From positions 76,921 to 140,920 of the forward strand of contig JAUCBJ010004334.1 of assembly GCA_032718475.1 (NCBI GenBank): DNA of 64,000 bases. Direction: 5' to 3'. The position numbers and the translations under genes are program-made. Positions within the stretch are counted from its first letter, which is position 1. Each line of letters begins with the position of its first letter. The DNA is from Nemertoderma westbladi (taxonomy: Eukaryota > Animalia > Xenacoelomorpha). Below, in pieces: positions 10,888-22,700 of this stretch. The notes under the pieces are model-generated. The model was not told where the DNA came from. It saw only the letters and a program-made list of their open reading frames with translations, and ran no database searches.

Positions 10888-12580
10888 TAGATAGATAGAT
10901 TTATTTATACATTATGTAAAAACAATAACAAATACACCAAACAATGTACCGGTATAAAGGTATTGTCCAACATAACATATAGGATTACCCCTAAAGCTTT
11001 GCAGCTTATTTCCAAGGGGGTCCTTTATGTTACTTGGTTACAAATACAATATTACACTACGCTAACCTAAAACCCATATAAAACGTAATTACAGTATGTA
11101 CATGTACAACTTTACCGAGAGCGTGACAATGCCCGACTCAACGATAAAGATGTAATGTACAGAACAATTTATTATAAAACGTAATTACAGTATAAATAGT
11201 AAATAATTAATAAACTAATAACTTACTGTAGGACTATTGTACCTATTTTTACATTGCACACGGAGATGAGATTTAACTGCAGATTTAAAAGAATGTTGAT
11301 TATTTAGGTTTTTAATTTCATTAGGCAGAGCGTTCCAATTTTTTATGCCGTTAAAAAAGAAAGTATCAGATTCAAAGGATTTACAATTCGGGAGGTAGAA
11401 GTTTGAAGCACTAGCTCTGGTACTGTAAGAGTGTGTATCGCGTACTCTGTTGAATTTTTGTTTTAGGTAATTGGGACATTTACCATTATACACTTTATGC
11501 ACATGGTTAAGGCGTAGCTGCTTAACTCTACTATCTAAGTTAAGTAGTCCAGATTCAGAAAAGTCATCTGGAGTTAGGTGGTGCCTAGGTTTGTAGTCTT
11601 TAATAAATCGTACTACTTTATTCTGAGCTACTTGTAATTTACATTTAAGCTGTTTGGTTAAGCCTTCATACCAAGAAGAGCACGCATAGTCCATGTGACA
11701 CTGTATTAAAGAAGAGCAAAGTAACTTGCGGGAGTCGGTGTTTAAACTATTTTTATTTCTGTAAAGAAACCTAAGCCTACTGTTAACTTTCGAGAAAATA
11801 CTTTTCACTATGCTTTCTCCTGATAAGCAGTTATCCAATGTGGCGCCTAAATATTTAACTTCCTTTTTATTTACAATCTTATGTCCATTACTAGTGACTT
11901 CAAACTTAGTTACCTTCTTTAACTTTCTTTTGGAACCAAACAAAATACTTTCAGTTTTACCGTAGTGAATGGATAGCTTATTATCAACCAACCACTCATT
12001 ACAGGATTCTAGAAAACTTGGTTCAAGATTGTTTCTGGTGGAGAATAAATTACTGCGTTTCCTACGGTAACATTTTAAATGTACAAATGTGTCACAACTC
12101 TCGCATTGGACGTTCTTACTCCGAGAGTTTGTTCCTCGTTGACAGACGGGACAGTTGATCTTCGGGGCCCGCGTCCTGCTGGGTCCTGGGTTGGTCTCAA
12201 TATCCCCTGCCAGAGACAGTAGACCGAGTTTAGCGATTAGGCCTCTAGATCGTGGAGAGGAGACCCAAGATCTTCTTCCCCGACGAGAGCAGTAGAGGCT
12301 AAATCCACTCGTCGACCACATCTCCGTCGATTCGGCGCGGCAGTTCGAAACGGTAGCGACAGGGTGTTCCGCAAACCAGTCCAATACGGGTATTGGGTGG
12401 GTTGCAGGGTTACCCCGCGGATCAGATGGTTCTGCCACAACGAAACGACACAGAACTATGAAAACTGTGGAGATTAAGAGCGGGGACATTGTGCTGTCTG
12501 GCTGTAGTCTGACTCAGGGATAAAAACTGTATAGGCCTAGTACCGGTATCTTTCTTGGTCTTATTGTCGGCAGGCCTACA
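10888..12580 (-). mobile_element. L2-group LINE copy 2: 5' head (2A + PHD) fused to the 3' end, with a large internal deletion and (CTAT)n tail
   Basis: 10898-12014 near-identical to the copy 3 3' end; junction at TTCTAGAA about 12014; ATAG repeats at about 10887-10900. Confidence 0.85.
11215..12489 (-). CDS. Deleted LINE ORF: signal-like N-terminus, 2A-like peptide, partial PHD finger, RT C-terminal region
   Basis: LLSLAGDIETNPGP (12181-12222); CPVC-x-CESC-x-HLKC; C-terminal part near-identical to the copy 3 protein. Confidence 0.75.
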   Translation of the reverse strand: MSPLLISTVFIVLCRFVVAEPSDPRGNPATHPIPVLDWFAEHPVATVSNCRAESTEMWSTSGFSLYCSRRGRRSWVSSPRSRGLIAKLGLLSLAGDIETNPGPSRTRAPKINCPVCQRGTNSRSKNVQCESCDTFVHLKCYRRKRSNLFSTRNNLEPSFLESCNEWLVDNKLSIHYGKTESILFGSKRKLKKVTKFEVTSNGHKIVNKKEVKYLGATLDNCLSGESIVKSIFSKVNSRLRFLYRNKNSLNTDSRKLLCSSLIQCHMDYACSSWYEGLTKQLKCKLQVAQNKVVRFIKDYKPRHHLTPDDFSESGLLNLDSRVKQLRLNHVHKVYNGKCPNYLKQKFNRVRDTHSYSTRASASNFYLPNCKSFESDTFFFNGIKNWNALPNEIKNLNNQHSFKSAVKSHLRVQCKNRYNSPTVSY

Positions 12581-12582
12581 GC

Positions 12583-13086
12583 TTAACTGAAAGTTATAAA
12601 AAGTGAAAATAAATAAAATAAAATAAATAAAAATAAAAATAACATAATTTTTGGAACTGCGCTCATGGGCAAAAATCCAACCATGGCAATACGGGTGGCA
12701 TTAGTGGGGTGCAGAAGGTCCTGAATATTTGTTTCATGCTCTAAAAGCTTATTTAAGTAACGAAACTCCTTTGTATAGTGCCCTGTGATAATAATAACAT
12801 TCGCCTTTTTTACCAGTTCTAATTTTGTTATAAATCGAAGCCCTTTGAACACTTTTATAGGACTCCTGTAACTACCTCCGCGAAGTGTTATTTCCGGTTT
12901 TTCAGTGAACTTCCAACCCAATTCTAATCCAATGGTGCGAACACTTTGCACGATGATTAGTCGTGTTGATGTTGTTGCATTCTGGACCTCGAATCTGTCC
13001 AGAATTTCTGTATTTGTTATTTCTTTTGATTCGTCGGGTCTTATGAATCTCTTCAAAAAGACATTAACTGTTGATGATGACTCCAT
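12583..13086 (-). other. ORF of unknown origin, possibly a winged-helix (D5-primase C-terminal/RFX-like) fragment
   Basis: VNVFLKRFI..EITNTEILDRF....VFKGLRFI pattern; C-terminus runs into a T-rich simple repeat. Confidence 0.3.
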
Positions 13087-13094
13087 TTACATAT

Positions 13095-13160
13095 ATGTGC
13101 AGTCGCAATTGCCAGAGGAATCTCAGTACGCAGATGACCTGGACTTTATTAGTACAGATG
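13095..13160 (+). mobile_element. Tiny non-LTR RT fragment
   Basis: QLPEESQYADDLDFIS contains the YADD catalytic motif in RT-like context. Confidence 0.55.
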
Positions 13161-13300
13161 ATGCCATGCATTATATATATGATGCCATGCATTATATATA
13201 TGATGCCATGCATTATATATTTGATGCCATGCATTATATATATGATGCCATGCATTATATATATGATGCCATGCATTATATATATGATGCCATGCATTAT
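13160..13300. repeat. 21-bp tandem repeat (GATGCCATGCATTATATATAT), about 7 copies
   Basis: Direct inspection. Confidence 0.95.
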
Positions 13301-14171
13301 AATTTATCAAGTTGCCTACAGTACAATGCCATTAGCTAGTAAAATGCTGGTATGTTAAAATGTTACATGATATAAATACAATGAACTAGTTGAACTTGGT
13401 TTCTGGTTTCTAGAAAACGTTTTTAATGTGATGGAAACAATAATAGCTTCAGTTGGTAATCCAAAGCAGCAGACCCTAATCTTAAGTGTCATAATAACCC
13501 TAACATTAGTTGTTTTTTGAGAATTTTGCGAAATTTGCTTAGTGCATCGGCCAAAGCCAAACCGAAGGCCAAATCCCGAGAACTTGACTAATTGTCAAAG
13601 AGTAGTTGAATTTTTACTGTAGTTTGAAATTTTTTGTCAGTCTGGTAAACATAGTACAAAGTTTAAATATAGTAGAGAAGCTTAGTGAAGCTTAGTGAAA
13701 CTAAAAGTTGGTTACATCGCTTAGCAATAAGAATAGGACAATTATCTGATACTAACTTCAGAATCAGGGGTTGGTAGAATGGACCCAATAAAAATACTAA
13801 CTTCAGAATCAGGGGTTGGTAGAATGGACCCAATAAAAATAGATGCATCTATTCGGTAAACATTGCTGACCTGCTGAACTGTGCCTTGACCTCTTGTGAT
13901 TGAATGAGGTCTTGTATGCGTTTCGACATCACCTTGAAGATGATTTTCAATTATCATATTTTGAAATTTGGAAACTGTTCCAACCAAAATTGCATGTTGT
14001 GGAATATTGGGAATTCATTAATTGTTCAACTCAACATCCTTGTATTAAGCATTATTTTCATTAAGAAATTGAAGAACTCGCATAAATATGTCTTTACGCA
14101 CTGTGATGTGCTGCTTTGCAATAAGTTCTTGTTGTTTTGTGAGTTGGCTAGCAAATACAATTCCCAATGAT

Positions 14172-14988
14172 TCTAGTTAGTTAGTTAGTTGATTATTGAC
14201 CACATTACAAAGACACAGAAAGCAATTATTGTACAATTTTTTTAACAAATACCAGAAAAACAAATATATAATGGTCCACAAAGTAAAATTACATATCATA
14301 TCAGTAAAACTACATTTTATACAATTACGGTACACAAACAATAGAAAAATAATTGTTAATCAAAATTATTTCATTCGTCCAGGTACGTGGATTGTAATAC
14401 AAACTGAGGTGAAATCGAACGAAGGGTTTCGGTTAATGGGCACTCTAAGTAGTACATGTCTCTCATCTTTACAGATACTTTATCGTATTTACATACGCGT
14501 AGATGTCGAGGTACTCTGCTCCAGCGACCCTTTTCTATTGCGAGGTTGTGTGACATCATTCTAGTATGGGTGAAGGCGATTCTACCATATTCTGGAACAA
14601 AATGAGAGATAAGATTGTATACAGGGTGTGGTTTTAACAGGAGATTCATTTCTGTGGAATATGTTAGGAATTTTGTGGTGCTAGCAGGTTTGTTTCTGAC
14701 CAATTCCTGTAGTTTAATAATGAAGTTGCTTGGGGTTGTATCCTGACTGTTCTGTAAGATTCTAATCACAGGGGTATTCATAGCTGCACATACCCCTTTC
14801 ACTACTGAGTAAGGTCCATGGTTCTTTGTTACAAAACGTCTCGGAGCTGTTTCAATACACCATATCAACGGCGGCAGACCAGCCTCGATTAAATAGATTT
14901 CATTTGGTGTTTGTGATCTCATACCCAACATTACTTTTACCATACGCATATAGTAGCGGTTAATCTCTCTAATGTTCTGGGTCAATCA
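14172..14988 (-). mobile_element. 3' fragment of an RTEX-like LINE with (TAAC)n tail
   Basis: ORF 14371-14985: KVMLGMRSQTPN..EAG..P, SHNLAIEKGRW..PRHLRVC, ECP; TAGT repeats at about 14173-14190. Confidence 0.75.
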
Positions 14989-15405
14989 TGCATGGCCAGC
15001 GCCAGGATTTTTCTTCAGGGGTGCATATGTTGAAAAAGGGAACCTTTTTTGTTACCATGGAAACAAAATTTTACACATTGCTGCATTGCACCCACCAGTA
15101 TCAGTTTAGGAAACAAAATGAATATGAGTATGATGAGTATACTTATTCTTGGCATTGAGACTGTGAGATTGCGAGACTATATATTATGAAGGTAAAATGG
15201 CAAGCGAAGTGAGTCTAGAAACTTTCTAACTTTATATCAGATAGTTATAAACTAGTTAGAACGAAGTGAACCCAACACTATTAAATGATACTAAACTAGT
15301 TTCGACTACTTTTTTAATACATCGGCTCCATGTCAACGGACTTTACTCTGAAATACTTACTAACACGTTCAAATTAATAAACTTAAAAAATACTTAAAAA
15401 TCTTA

Positions 15406-18400
15406 CTAAGGTCCTAACACGGAGATAGATTGGAGAGCGACATGTAGATGAGTTAGAGGAATTACTAGTTTACCTGAGGCGGACGATCGGGTGTTGTAAT
15501 GATGAAATTCAGATGATTTAGAAAATAGAGTCGATAAAGGGTGATTTGTATTTGATAAAGCATCAAAAAGTAGTTGGCCTAAGTGAAATTTAAATAGAGA
15601 TTCAAGGGGGAGAATATTTAATGATCTGTAAATAGGGATAGAGGAAGCTTGGTAGTGGCTAAACGTTATGCAGCGAATTATTTTATTAATTTTTATTCTA
15701 AGCGGGCGTATTGTCGTTGTATGTGTGGAACCCCATGCTAATATAGAGTATGTAATATACGGATGAACGAGACAGAAGTAGAGTGTGCGAAGAATTTCAA
15801 GGGGAAATATGTGCCTTAATTTATAAAAAATGCCTGATGTTTTGCAAATTTTAGCGAGGATATAATTAATATGTGATTTCCAATTTAGTTTTCGGTCCAT
15901 CAATACACCTAGAAATTTCGCACACTCCACCTGTTTAATATTATTGTTTTTTATTTTTATTTTCGGTAAGCAGTCGTGCCGTTGATTACTAGATATGAAA
16001 TATTCTGTTTTAGTTAGGTTTAGTGATAAGCGGTTGTCGACTAGCCAATCAGAGATCTTGTCTAGCTCGTAGTTAGCAGTAGTAATTAGTAGTTCAAGAT
16101 ATTTGTGGCTATGAAGAAGGGTTGTGTCATCAGCGAAGAGGGTGGTCAGAAGGTTAGACGCGTTAGGTAGATCATTAATATATAGTAAGAAGAGTAGTGG
16201 TGATAATACCGAACCTTGGGGAGTGCCATAACTCAGATGCAAAGGCGGTGAAAGACAGTTATTTAGAGAAACAGATTGTGACCGGTTTGATAAAAAGCTT
16301 TGAAATACATTTTTTGGTGTTCCGCGGATTCCATATGTATCTAATTTTTTTAATAAAATGTTGTGATCTAATGTATCGAATGCTTTTTTCAAGTCGAGAT
16401 AGATAGCAAAGGCTGAGTTTTTAGAGTCCAGTATAGATCGAATTTTTTCAGTAACCGTTAATATGGCATATGATGTTGATATTTTTTTCCTGAAGCCGAA
16501 CTGTCGTGATGTTAAAATTGAAAAGTGTTCGAGGTAGTTTTGAAGTTGGGAATATATAATTTGTTCATAAATTTTGCTAAATACCAGTAAGAGAGAAATT
16601 GGGCGATAGTTATTTGGATCGAGTGGATCACCCCCCTTATAGTTTGGTATAATTTTAGCATATTTTAGGCAATCAGGAAAGTTTCCAATAGTAATAGATA
16701 GGTTAATTAAGTAAGTAAGGTGGTGAGCAAGTGGTTCAGCAATGGTTCTTAGAAGTTTAGAAGGAACGTTATCATTAGTAGCGGAGTTTGTATTTACATG
16801 TAGTATCAAGTAGTGGATTTCCGGGACAGTAGTGGGTACTAGAGAGAATGATTTAGAATTATAGCTACGGATGTGTCAGGTAGGTGATCATACTGGGCGG
16901 GGCATACAACGTTCTAATTTTGAGCCTATAGAACTGAAATGCTCATTTAATGTGGAGGCAATTTTAATAGGGTCATTTGTTGTTTTGATGCCGTCGCTCG
17001 TAATAAAATTCATCTTAGTTGCATTGCCGATTTTTTGGATTTATGTAGAACAGAATTAATAACAGCCCAGGTTTTGCGCATGTTGCCTGTTTTTATTAAA
17101 TTGTGACTCATAGTACGATTTTTCTGCAGCTTTTAATATTGTATTAAGACCGTTTTTATATTTTTTGTAATTTGATCCGTTATATGCTGTTGGAATTTTT
17201 AAAAATTTGGAGAAAAGTCTGTTCTTTTTTTTAATACATTTTAATAAGGCTTGAGTTATCCATGGTTTGTGTGTCATCTTCCTTTTCGGTATAAATTTTT
17301 TTGGTAGGTGTTTATTACATATTTTTTCAAAATATTGGTAAAAAGTGTTCGAATTTTGATTCATTTGGAATATCTTGCGATCTGTATGAGCTCATTGGAA
17401 CCTATTGGAAGTCAAATAAAAAGTCTGTGGCCTTAAATTTTGAGTAGTCATAGGTTGTTATTTTTTTGGGTTGTTCAAAAAATGCTGAGAACTCCTGAAA
17501 AATTGCAAAAGTTGCTAAATGGTCCGTTGTGCCATACTCAGATAAAAAGACTCCTGAGCTGTTTATGCATGTCGAAATATTTGTAATTATATGATCCAGG
17601 GTAGAGTTTGCTCCAAAGACTATACGTGTAGGTTGTTTTATAAGCTGAGTAAATCCGTAAGAGGATATTGTCTTAAGATATTGGGAACTTTCCTTGGTTA
17701 TTTTGTTAAGGTTTACGTTAAAATCGCCAGCAAGTACAATATCAACATTTAGATTAGAGATGGATAACAAAAGTTTATCGAAAATTTCATGGAATGTATT
17801 AAAATTAACAGATGGTGGTTTGTAGATTATACCTACTAAGAGATTTTTATTGCTATTTGTTTTAATTTGAATCCACTTGTTTTCAATTCCGTCGACTTTT
17901 AATTCAGGTTTTTCCAGAAAATTTATGTTGTCTTTGATGTAGTAGCCTACGCCCCACCCAGTACCGGTCTTTCTTCCGCTCGGCCGGGCTGAAAAGAAGG
18001 GGCCGGCATATCCTTCTATTTGTAGTTTACTTAAGTCTTCATTCTCGCCTACGAGAGTTTCTGAAAAAGTTAGCATATCGAAATCATGTTCTAATGTACT
18101 TAAAATATCGGTAGTTGGTGATAGATTTCGGTTTAAACTCCTACAGTTGAGGTGGAAAATAGAAAAGTTAGGTTTAGAATTTATCAACTGAATTTCATCA
18201 TTGAACCCGTCGTCAGTATAGTATTCGCTATACCTGGCGGTGTTTAAGATATGTATATCAGGGTCTATTGAACTAAATTTTGGATTGGTAATGTCGCTGT
18301 TAAAATCGGAAATAATTGTCGAGGATTCAAATATATCGTCGTCGTCTGAAGAAATAGTTGTAAAAGGGAAAATATCATAATAACAATGCATACAATAATG

Positions 18401-18543
18401 ACCAGAAAAAGATTTGGATCCATATAATTCATTGAATTCAGCAATAGTCAGGTGAGAACCGCATGGTAGGTGGAACCAATTTCTACATAAAATACAGTGA
18501 ATGGGAATATCAGAAGGGACAAACTGTGAGTAGCAAAATGTGC
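15406..18543 (-). pseudogene. Frameshifted LINE ORF2 (PHD, APE, RT)
   Basis: PHD CTFC..CILCRNWFHLPC..CMHC read in frame upstream of 18391; HLNCRSL, SET, YKPP, GDFN, TDH; YRPISLL, QFGFR, DLKKAFD, PQGSVLSP, FADD. Confidence 0.88.
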
Positions 18544-19679
18544 ATGAGGAACACGTTCGTGGGGCCTTCGCGCAGCACGAGGCCCAGTTATTAGATACAA
18601 ATTAAAATTGAGCGACTGTATCACAAAATCAGGTTTTGAGAAATTTACCCACACCACCAATCAATCAAAGAAAGGGGGACAGTACGTGTTCACCCCTTTT
18701 AATCCCCCCCCCCCCCCCCCCAACCTTCCCAACCACCAATACATAACCGGGACATCTACCACCCACGGAAGGGTAGCACGAACTTATTTCCAATCGCACG
18801 TTAAATATGCAAAGCCAGGTGGTTTATAGGAATATAATAAACGCAGTACTCGTTTTCATTATAAGCCTCTTTGCGTTCGTCCTGTTTTGTATTTAAATAT
18901 ATTTCTTAAACGCAGGCTGACGATATTTATAATAATAATAACTAGGGATGCGATCAATATGTGAAGCCAGGTGGTTTATATAATAATTTAGTCAACGAGG
19001 TACTCGTCTTCATTATATGCCTCGTTGCGCTCGTCGCTTGTCCTGTTTTGTCATAAAATATTTTTCCTAAACGCAGACTGACGATCTTTATACAGTTATA
19101 ACTATGCGAAGTTTCGAAACTGTGCGATACATCTATGTGGAGATGTGTGATATGTGGAGATGTGTGATACAACGCCAACGCATCTTATGCCGATGTAGTA
19201 ATATGGGTATTGAAATAATATTAAATCAATGTACACTCTTAAAGCTGCAGCGAAAAAATGTAGCTAATTTCCTAGGTTACATATAAAATAATAATATTAT
19301 TTTTAAGAACATTAATTTTACTACTTTGCAAAAATTCAATTAAAAAATAACCAGACATATACATTGTGGAATAAACTATTTCAGATAAGCCTACACAACA
19401 GCCATGCCATGGATGGTATTTATGTTATTATATCTGTCATTTACCTGAGATGGCAATACAACACTTATAGTAGAGTCAATACAGGAAGGATGTTGGAATG
19501 CTGCCTGGGCTGGAATAGCAATACTGGTTGCCTATTACAATTTCTCTCTGGTTAGTCTACAGCCACAACTCCAAGCTAGCTCCACACCAGCAGAGACTTG
19601 ACCAATAATCATTCCCAGCAACTAGCTAGCTGCCTTACACACACATCCTTCCATCGTACCAGCATGTTAGCCAATAAAT

Positions 19680-20133
19680 GAGCAGTATTTAATGAGAATC
19701 AATTTTTTATGACGTTTTAATTACTTTAGATCAATTAAAGACACAATTAATAAAGCAAATCACTTGAACTAATTAAAAACTATAATAGAATGGCGTATGT
19801 GGATTACATCTGTATAATTTTTAAGTATAATTATTTAAATCTTATACTGTAAAACAATTAATTTCCTTTAACAGGCAGGTTGAAAATGGTATTTTTACCG
19901 TAATCAACTTAATTAACTAATTAACTGCTATTATCTTAGCTTCTCGAAGGCCACACGGAAATTCTACTTGGAAAATTTCTAAACTTTTGCCAAACAACAT
20001 GTGTACCAAGTTTGGATAGATTTCATCAAAGATTGGCTGAGTTATTAACGTTTAAAATTGGACGCGACAGAACGACAGGTTGATTAATGGTACCACTACG
20101 CTAAGGCTCACTCACTTCGTGGCTCGCCCCACA
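19680..20133 (-). mobile_element. Non-autonomous Helentron/DINE-1-like (HINE) element, copy A
   Basis: Reverse-complement homolog of 27801-28300; terminal TGTGGGGCGAGC..GAAG..GAGC hairpin. Confidence 0.6.
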
Positions 20134-20468
20134 GGGGGAAGGGGGAGGGGGAAGGGACAGGATTCTTGTAATTGGGATAGACATGACAGTTTAATTTATC
20201 TCCTACTGGAACGGACCATACATTACATATATATAGATAATATATCTGTACTTCAATACTCAATTAAAAATACGATTTCTTAGAATGGCAGACATTTTAC
20301 AGTTGTTCTAAATTTGATTTCCTTAGTAATATCCCTCACTTGGTTCATTATTATTAAAATTCCTTACTCAGATCTTCTTTCTTAATTAAATTATTTAATT
20401 AATTAATTCATTAATATAAAAATACATTGTACCTAGCAGACCGTGCGTCCGTTAACAGCTTGCTTCCT

Positions 20469-21341
20469 TCATGGAAGTTTGTCGGACTCGATCGACTCGA
20501 AGGAGTTACTGATTTGAATAGGTTTACCGGAGACGCGACTGCTCGATGCATCGCGTGGACGGAGAGATTGATCAACGGATGCCTTCGCGACAGCCGGTAG
20601 ATCAGAATCGGTGACCGGATGGGAATATTGGTCGTTGGTTTGTATGGGTGGGGAAGAAACTGTTGGGCAGAGAACCGCGACGATATCTTGGATTGTTGTT
20701 ACTCGGATCGGTTTACCGTTTTGAGAAACGCGAATGGTAACGACACCGGAATATGAATAGGCAGCGTGTAGGCGCCTCGACCGCTTTAGTTTCAACGCAT
20801 GATGTAGAATAGCCATTCGGTGAGGTGTTAGGTGATCTGTTGCGTAGATGCCAGTACCATCCAGTAATTTACGGTTTCCGAAAACGACCCAGCGTGATGA
20901 ATGGCCATAAAATCGGACGATAATAGGACGGGACTTTGTCTTACCTTCTTTAGCTATTGAGTTGATACCGGTAGGTGACTTTCCAAGACGGTGAAAAATG
21001 TCAACGGAGTTAAAGTTAATACCTAGGGTGGAGAGAACATCTTGGAGAGATTTCCGATCATCATCTTTGCTACCTTCGGCAATTCCATGAAGCAGAACCG
21101 AGTGCCGCCGCTCGTATTGGTCGAGTTCATCGATATGTAGCTCTTGTGTTGCAATCTTGTCTTTTAGAGCTAGGTTCTCTCTTTTTAATGTTTCGTTTTC
21201 CTTGAGGATAACTGGGATGAGTTCTAGTTGGGTCTTTATGAGCTTAATGTCTCCATCCAAATATTCGAACTTAACTTCAATAAGGTCATTAAGCTTTTGT
21301 ATAGCAGCAGCCCAGTTCTCTTTGTCAGCCTTGCGTGCCAT
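20469..21341 (-). CDS. LINE ORF1p (coiled coil + RRM, L1/Transposase_22-like)
   Basis: IDELDQYERRHSVLLHGI, HRLGK, RPIIVRF, IYATDHLT motifs. Confidence 0.8.
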   Translation of the reverse strand: MARKADKENWAAAIQKLNDLIEVKFEYLDGDIKLIKTQLELIPVILKENETLKRENLALKDKIATQELHIDELDQYERRHSVLLHGIAEGSKDDDRKSLQDVLSTLGINFNSVDIFHRLGKSPTGINSIAKEGKTKSRPIIVRFYGHSSRWVVFGNRKLLDGTGIYATDHLTPHRMAILHHALKLKRSRRLHAAYSYSGVVTIRVSQNGKPIRVTTIQDIVAVLCPTVSSPPIQTNDQYSHPVTDSDLPAVAKASVDQSLRPRDASSSRVSGKPIQISNSFESIESDKLP

Positions 21342-21666
21342 TGCGGAACAGGCAGATCGAGGGTATTGATTGCAGGATTGAGTATTTAAGTTCAGTATTT
21401 ATTTGCAAGTATTGGTCTGAGCCAGACAGTCAGCAGTAGCAGTCAGCAGGTAGGCAGTCAGCAGTAGCAGTACATTACATTAATTCAACAATAAAACAAC
21501 CTAAACTTTAATTTGGTTGAACAAATGGTTGATTACTGCTACTGGAATATTGGCTGGAGCGAATAAAACGGAATAGGTGATTTTAATCAGGTCGGATTTA
21601 ATCAACCTTGATTAAATCTTGGCTATATTTACGTTTGATTGGATTATTTAATCAGCTATTGGTTAA

Positions 21667-22454
21667 GGGGGTGGTGGGGGGTAGTCGAATTTGGGCCAAA
21701 AAATTGAATTTTGTAAGTATATCTATCCCATCTGAATCAGAATGTAATGGTCATTCCAAATCTAAAAACAGTTTTTCCATATGATTAATGATATGAACTG
21801 TGAAGTATGGGTAGTCTCTAATGTCGCGATATAAATATAAATATAAATCGCTAAATTGTATTTTCCCGTGAATGATTTTTTCCGCAATGAGCGCGTCTTA
21901 AAAAACTTTCACACCCTTCATTTTTTATTGTACAGAGCTCATTCGGGTCTCATGTTAAAGGGAATTTTCAGGAGAACAAATGTTAGTATAATTCAAAGCC
22001 AATGCTATATCCAAAGAAGAGCTATCCATCATTTAAATGGTGAGCATTCGCAAATTCTGGAGTTATTATATTTCATTGCAGTCAATTAGTCAGTTATCTT
22101 GAAAGTCCTTCTGTAAAATATACTAACATTTGTTCTGAAAATTCCCTTTAAAAATAAGCACTGAATGAGCACTGTACGATAAAAAATGAATGGTGTGAAA
22201 CTTAAATAAACTTGAGACTTAAAGTTAAAGTTAACACAAATATGATTTTATCTATGCAACTACCTGTGAAACACAAATTCAGCCTACTCAACTACCTGTG
22301 AAACTATCCGTACTTCACACATGATATCTCATGAATGAAACAAAATATGGAAAAACGGTTTTTAGATTTAGAATCACTGTTACATTCTGATTCAGATGGG
22401 ATAATACTTTCAATCTAAATTTCAATTTTTTGGCCCAAAGTCGACTACACCCCC
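21667..22454. mobile_element. Foldback MITE, PIF/Harbinger-like
   Basis: About 115-bp imperfect TIRs (GGGGGTG..TAGTCGA / TCGACTACACCCCC); inner inverted arms at about 21911-21990 and 22119-22200; TAA on both flanks. Confidence 0.75.
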
Positions 22455-22552
22455 TAATATAGCATAGCCTGATTAATTTGAACTGTAAGTTGATAAATAA
22501 TCAAGTTTTGCTGATGATGCACGCCAGTGCAATCAAATTAAACATGACAAAC

Positions 22553-22700
22553 CTGATTAATTAATCAGCTCCTGATTAGTTAATTAGCCCTGATTAGTTA
22601 ATTAGCCCTGATTAGATATCAACCCTGATTAATTAATCAGCCCTGATTAATTAATTAATCAGCCCTGATTAATTAATCAACCCTGACATTTGGGCTGATT
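22553..22700. repeat. Short tandem repeat of the palindromic unit CCCTGATTAATTAATCAG
   Basis: Direct inspection; related units at about 21580-21655 on the other side of the MITE. Confidence 0.8.

Larger units (their letters stand above)
15200..21480 (-). mobile_element. Decayed two-ORF CR1/L2-like LINE (ORF1 + PHD-APE-RT ORF2) with insertions between the ORFs
   Basis: ORF1 20469-21341; ORF2 pieces 17402-18391, 17056-17364 and 15406-16809; outer boundaries approximate. Confidence 0.8.
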
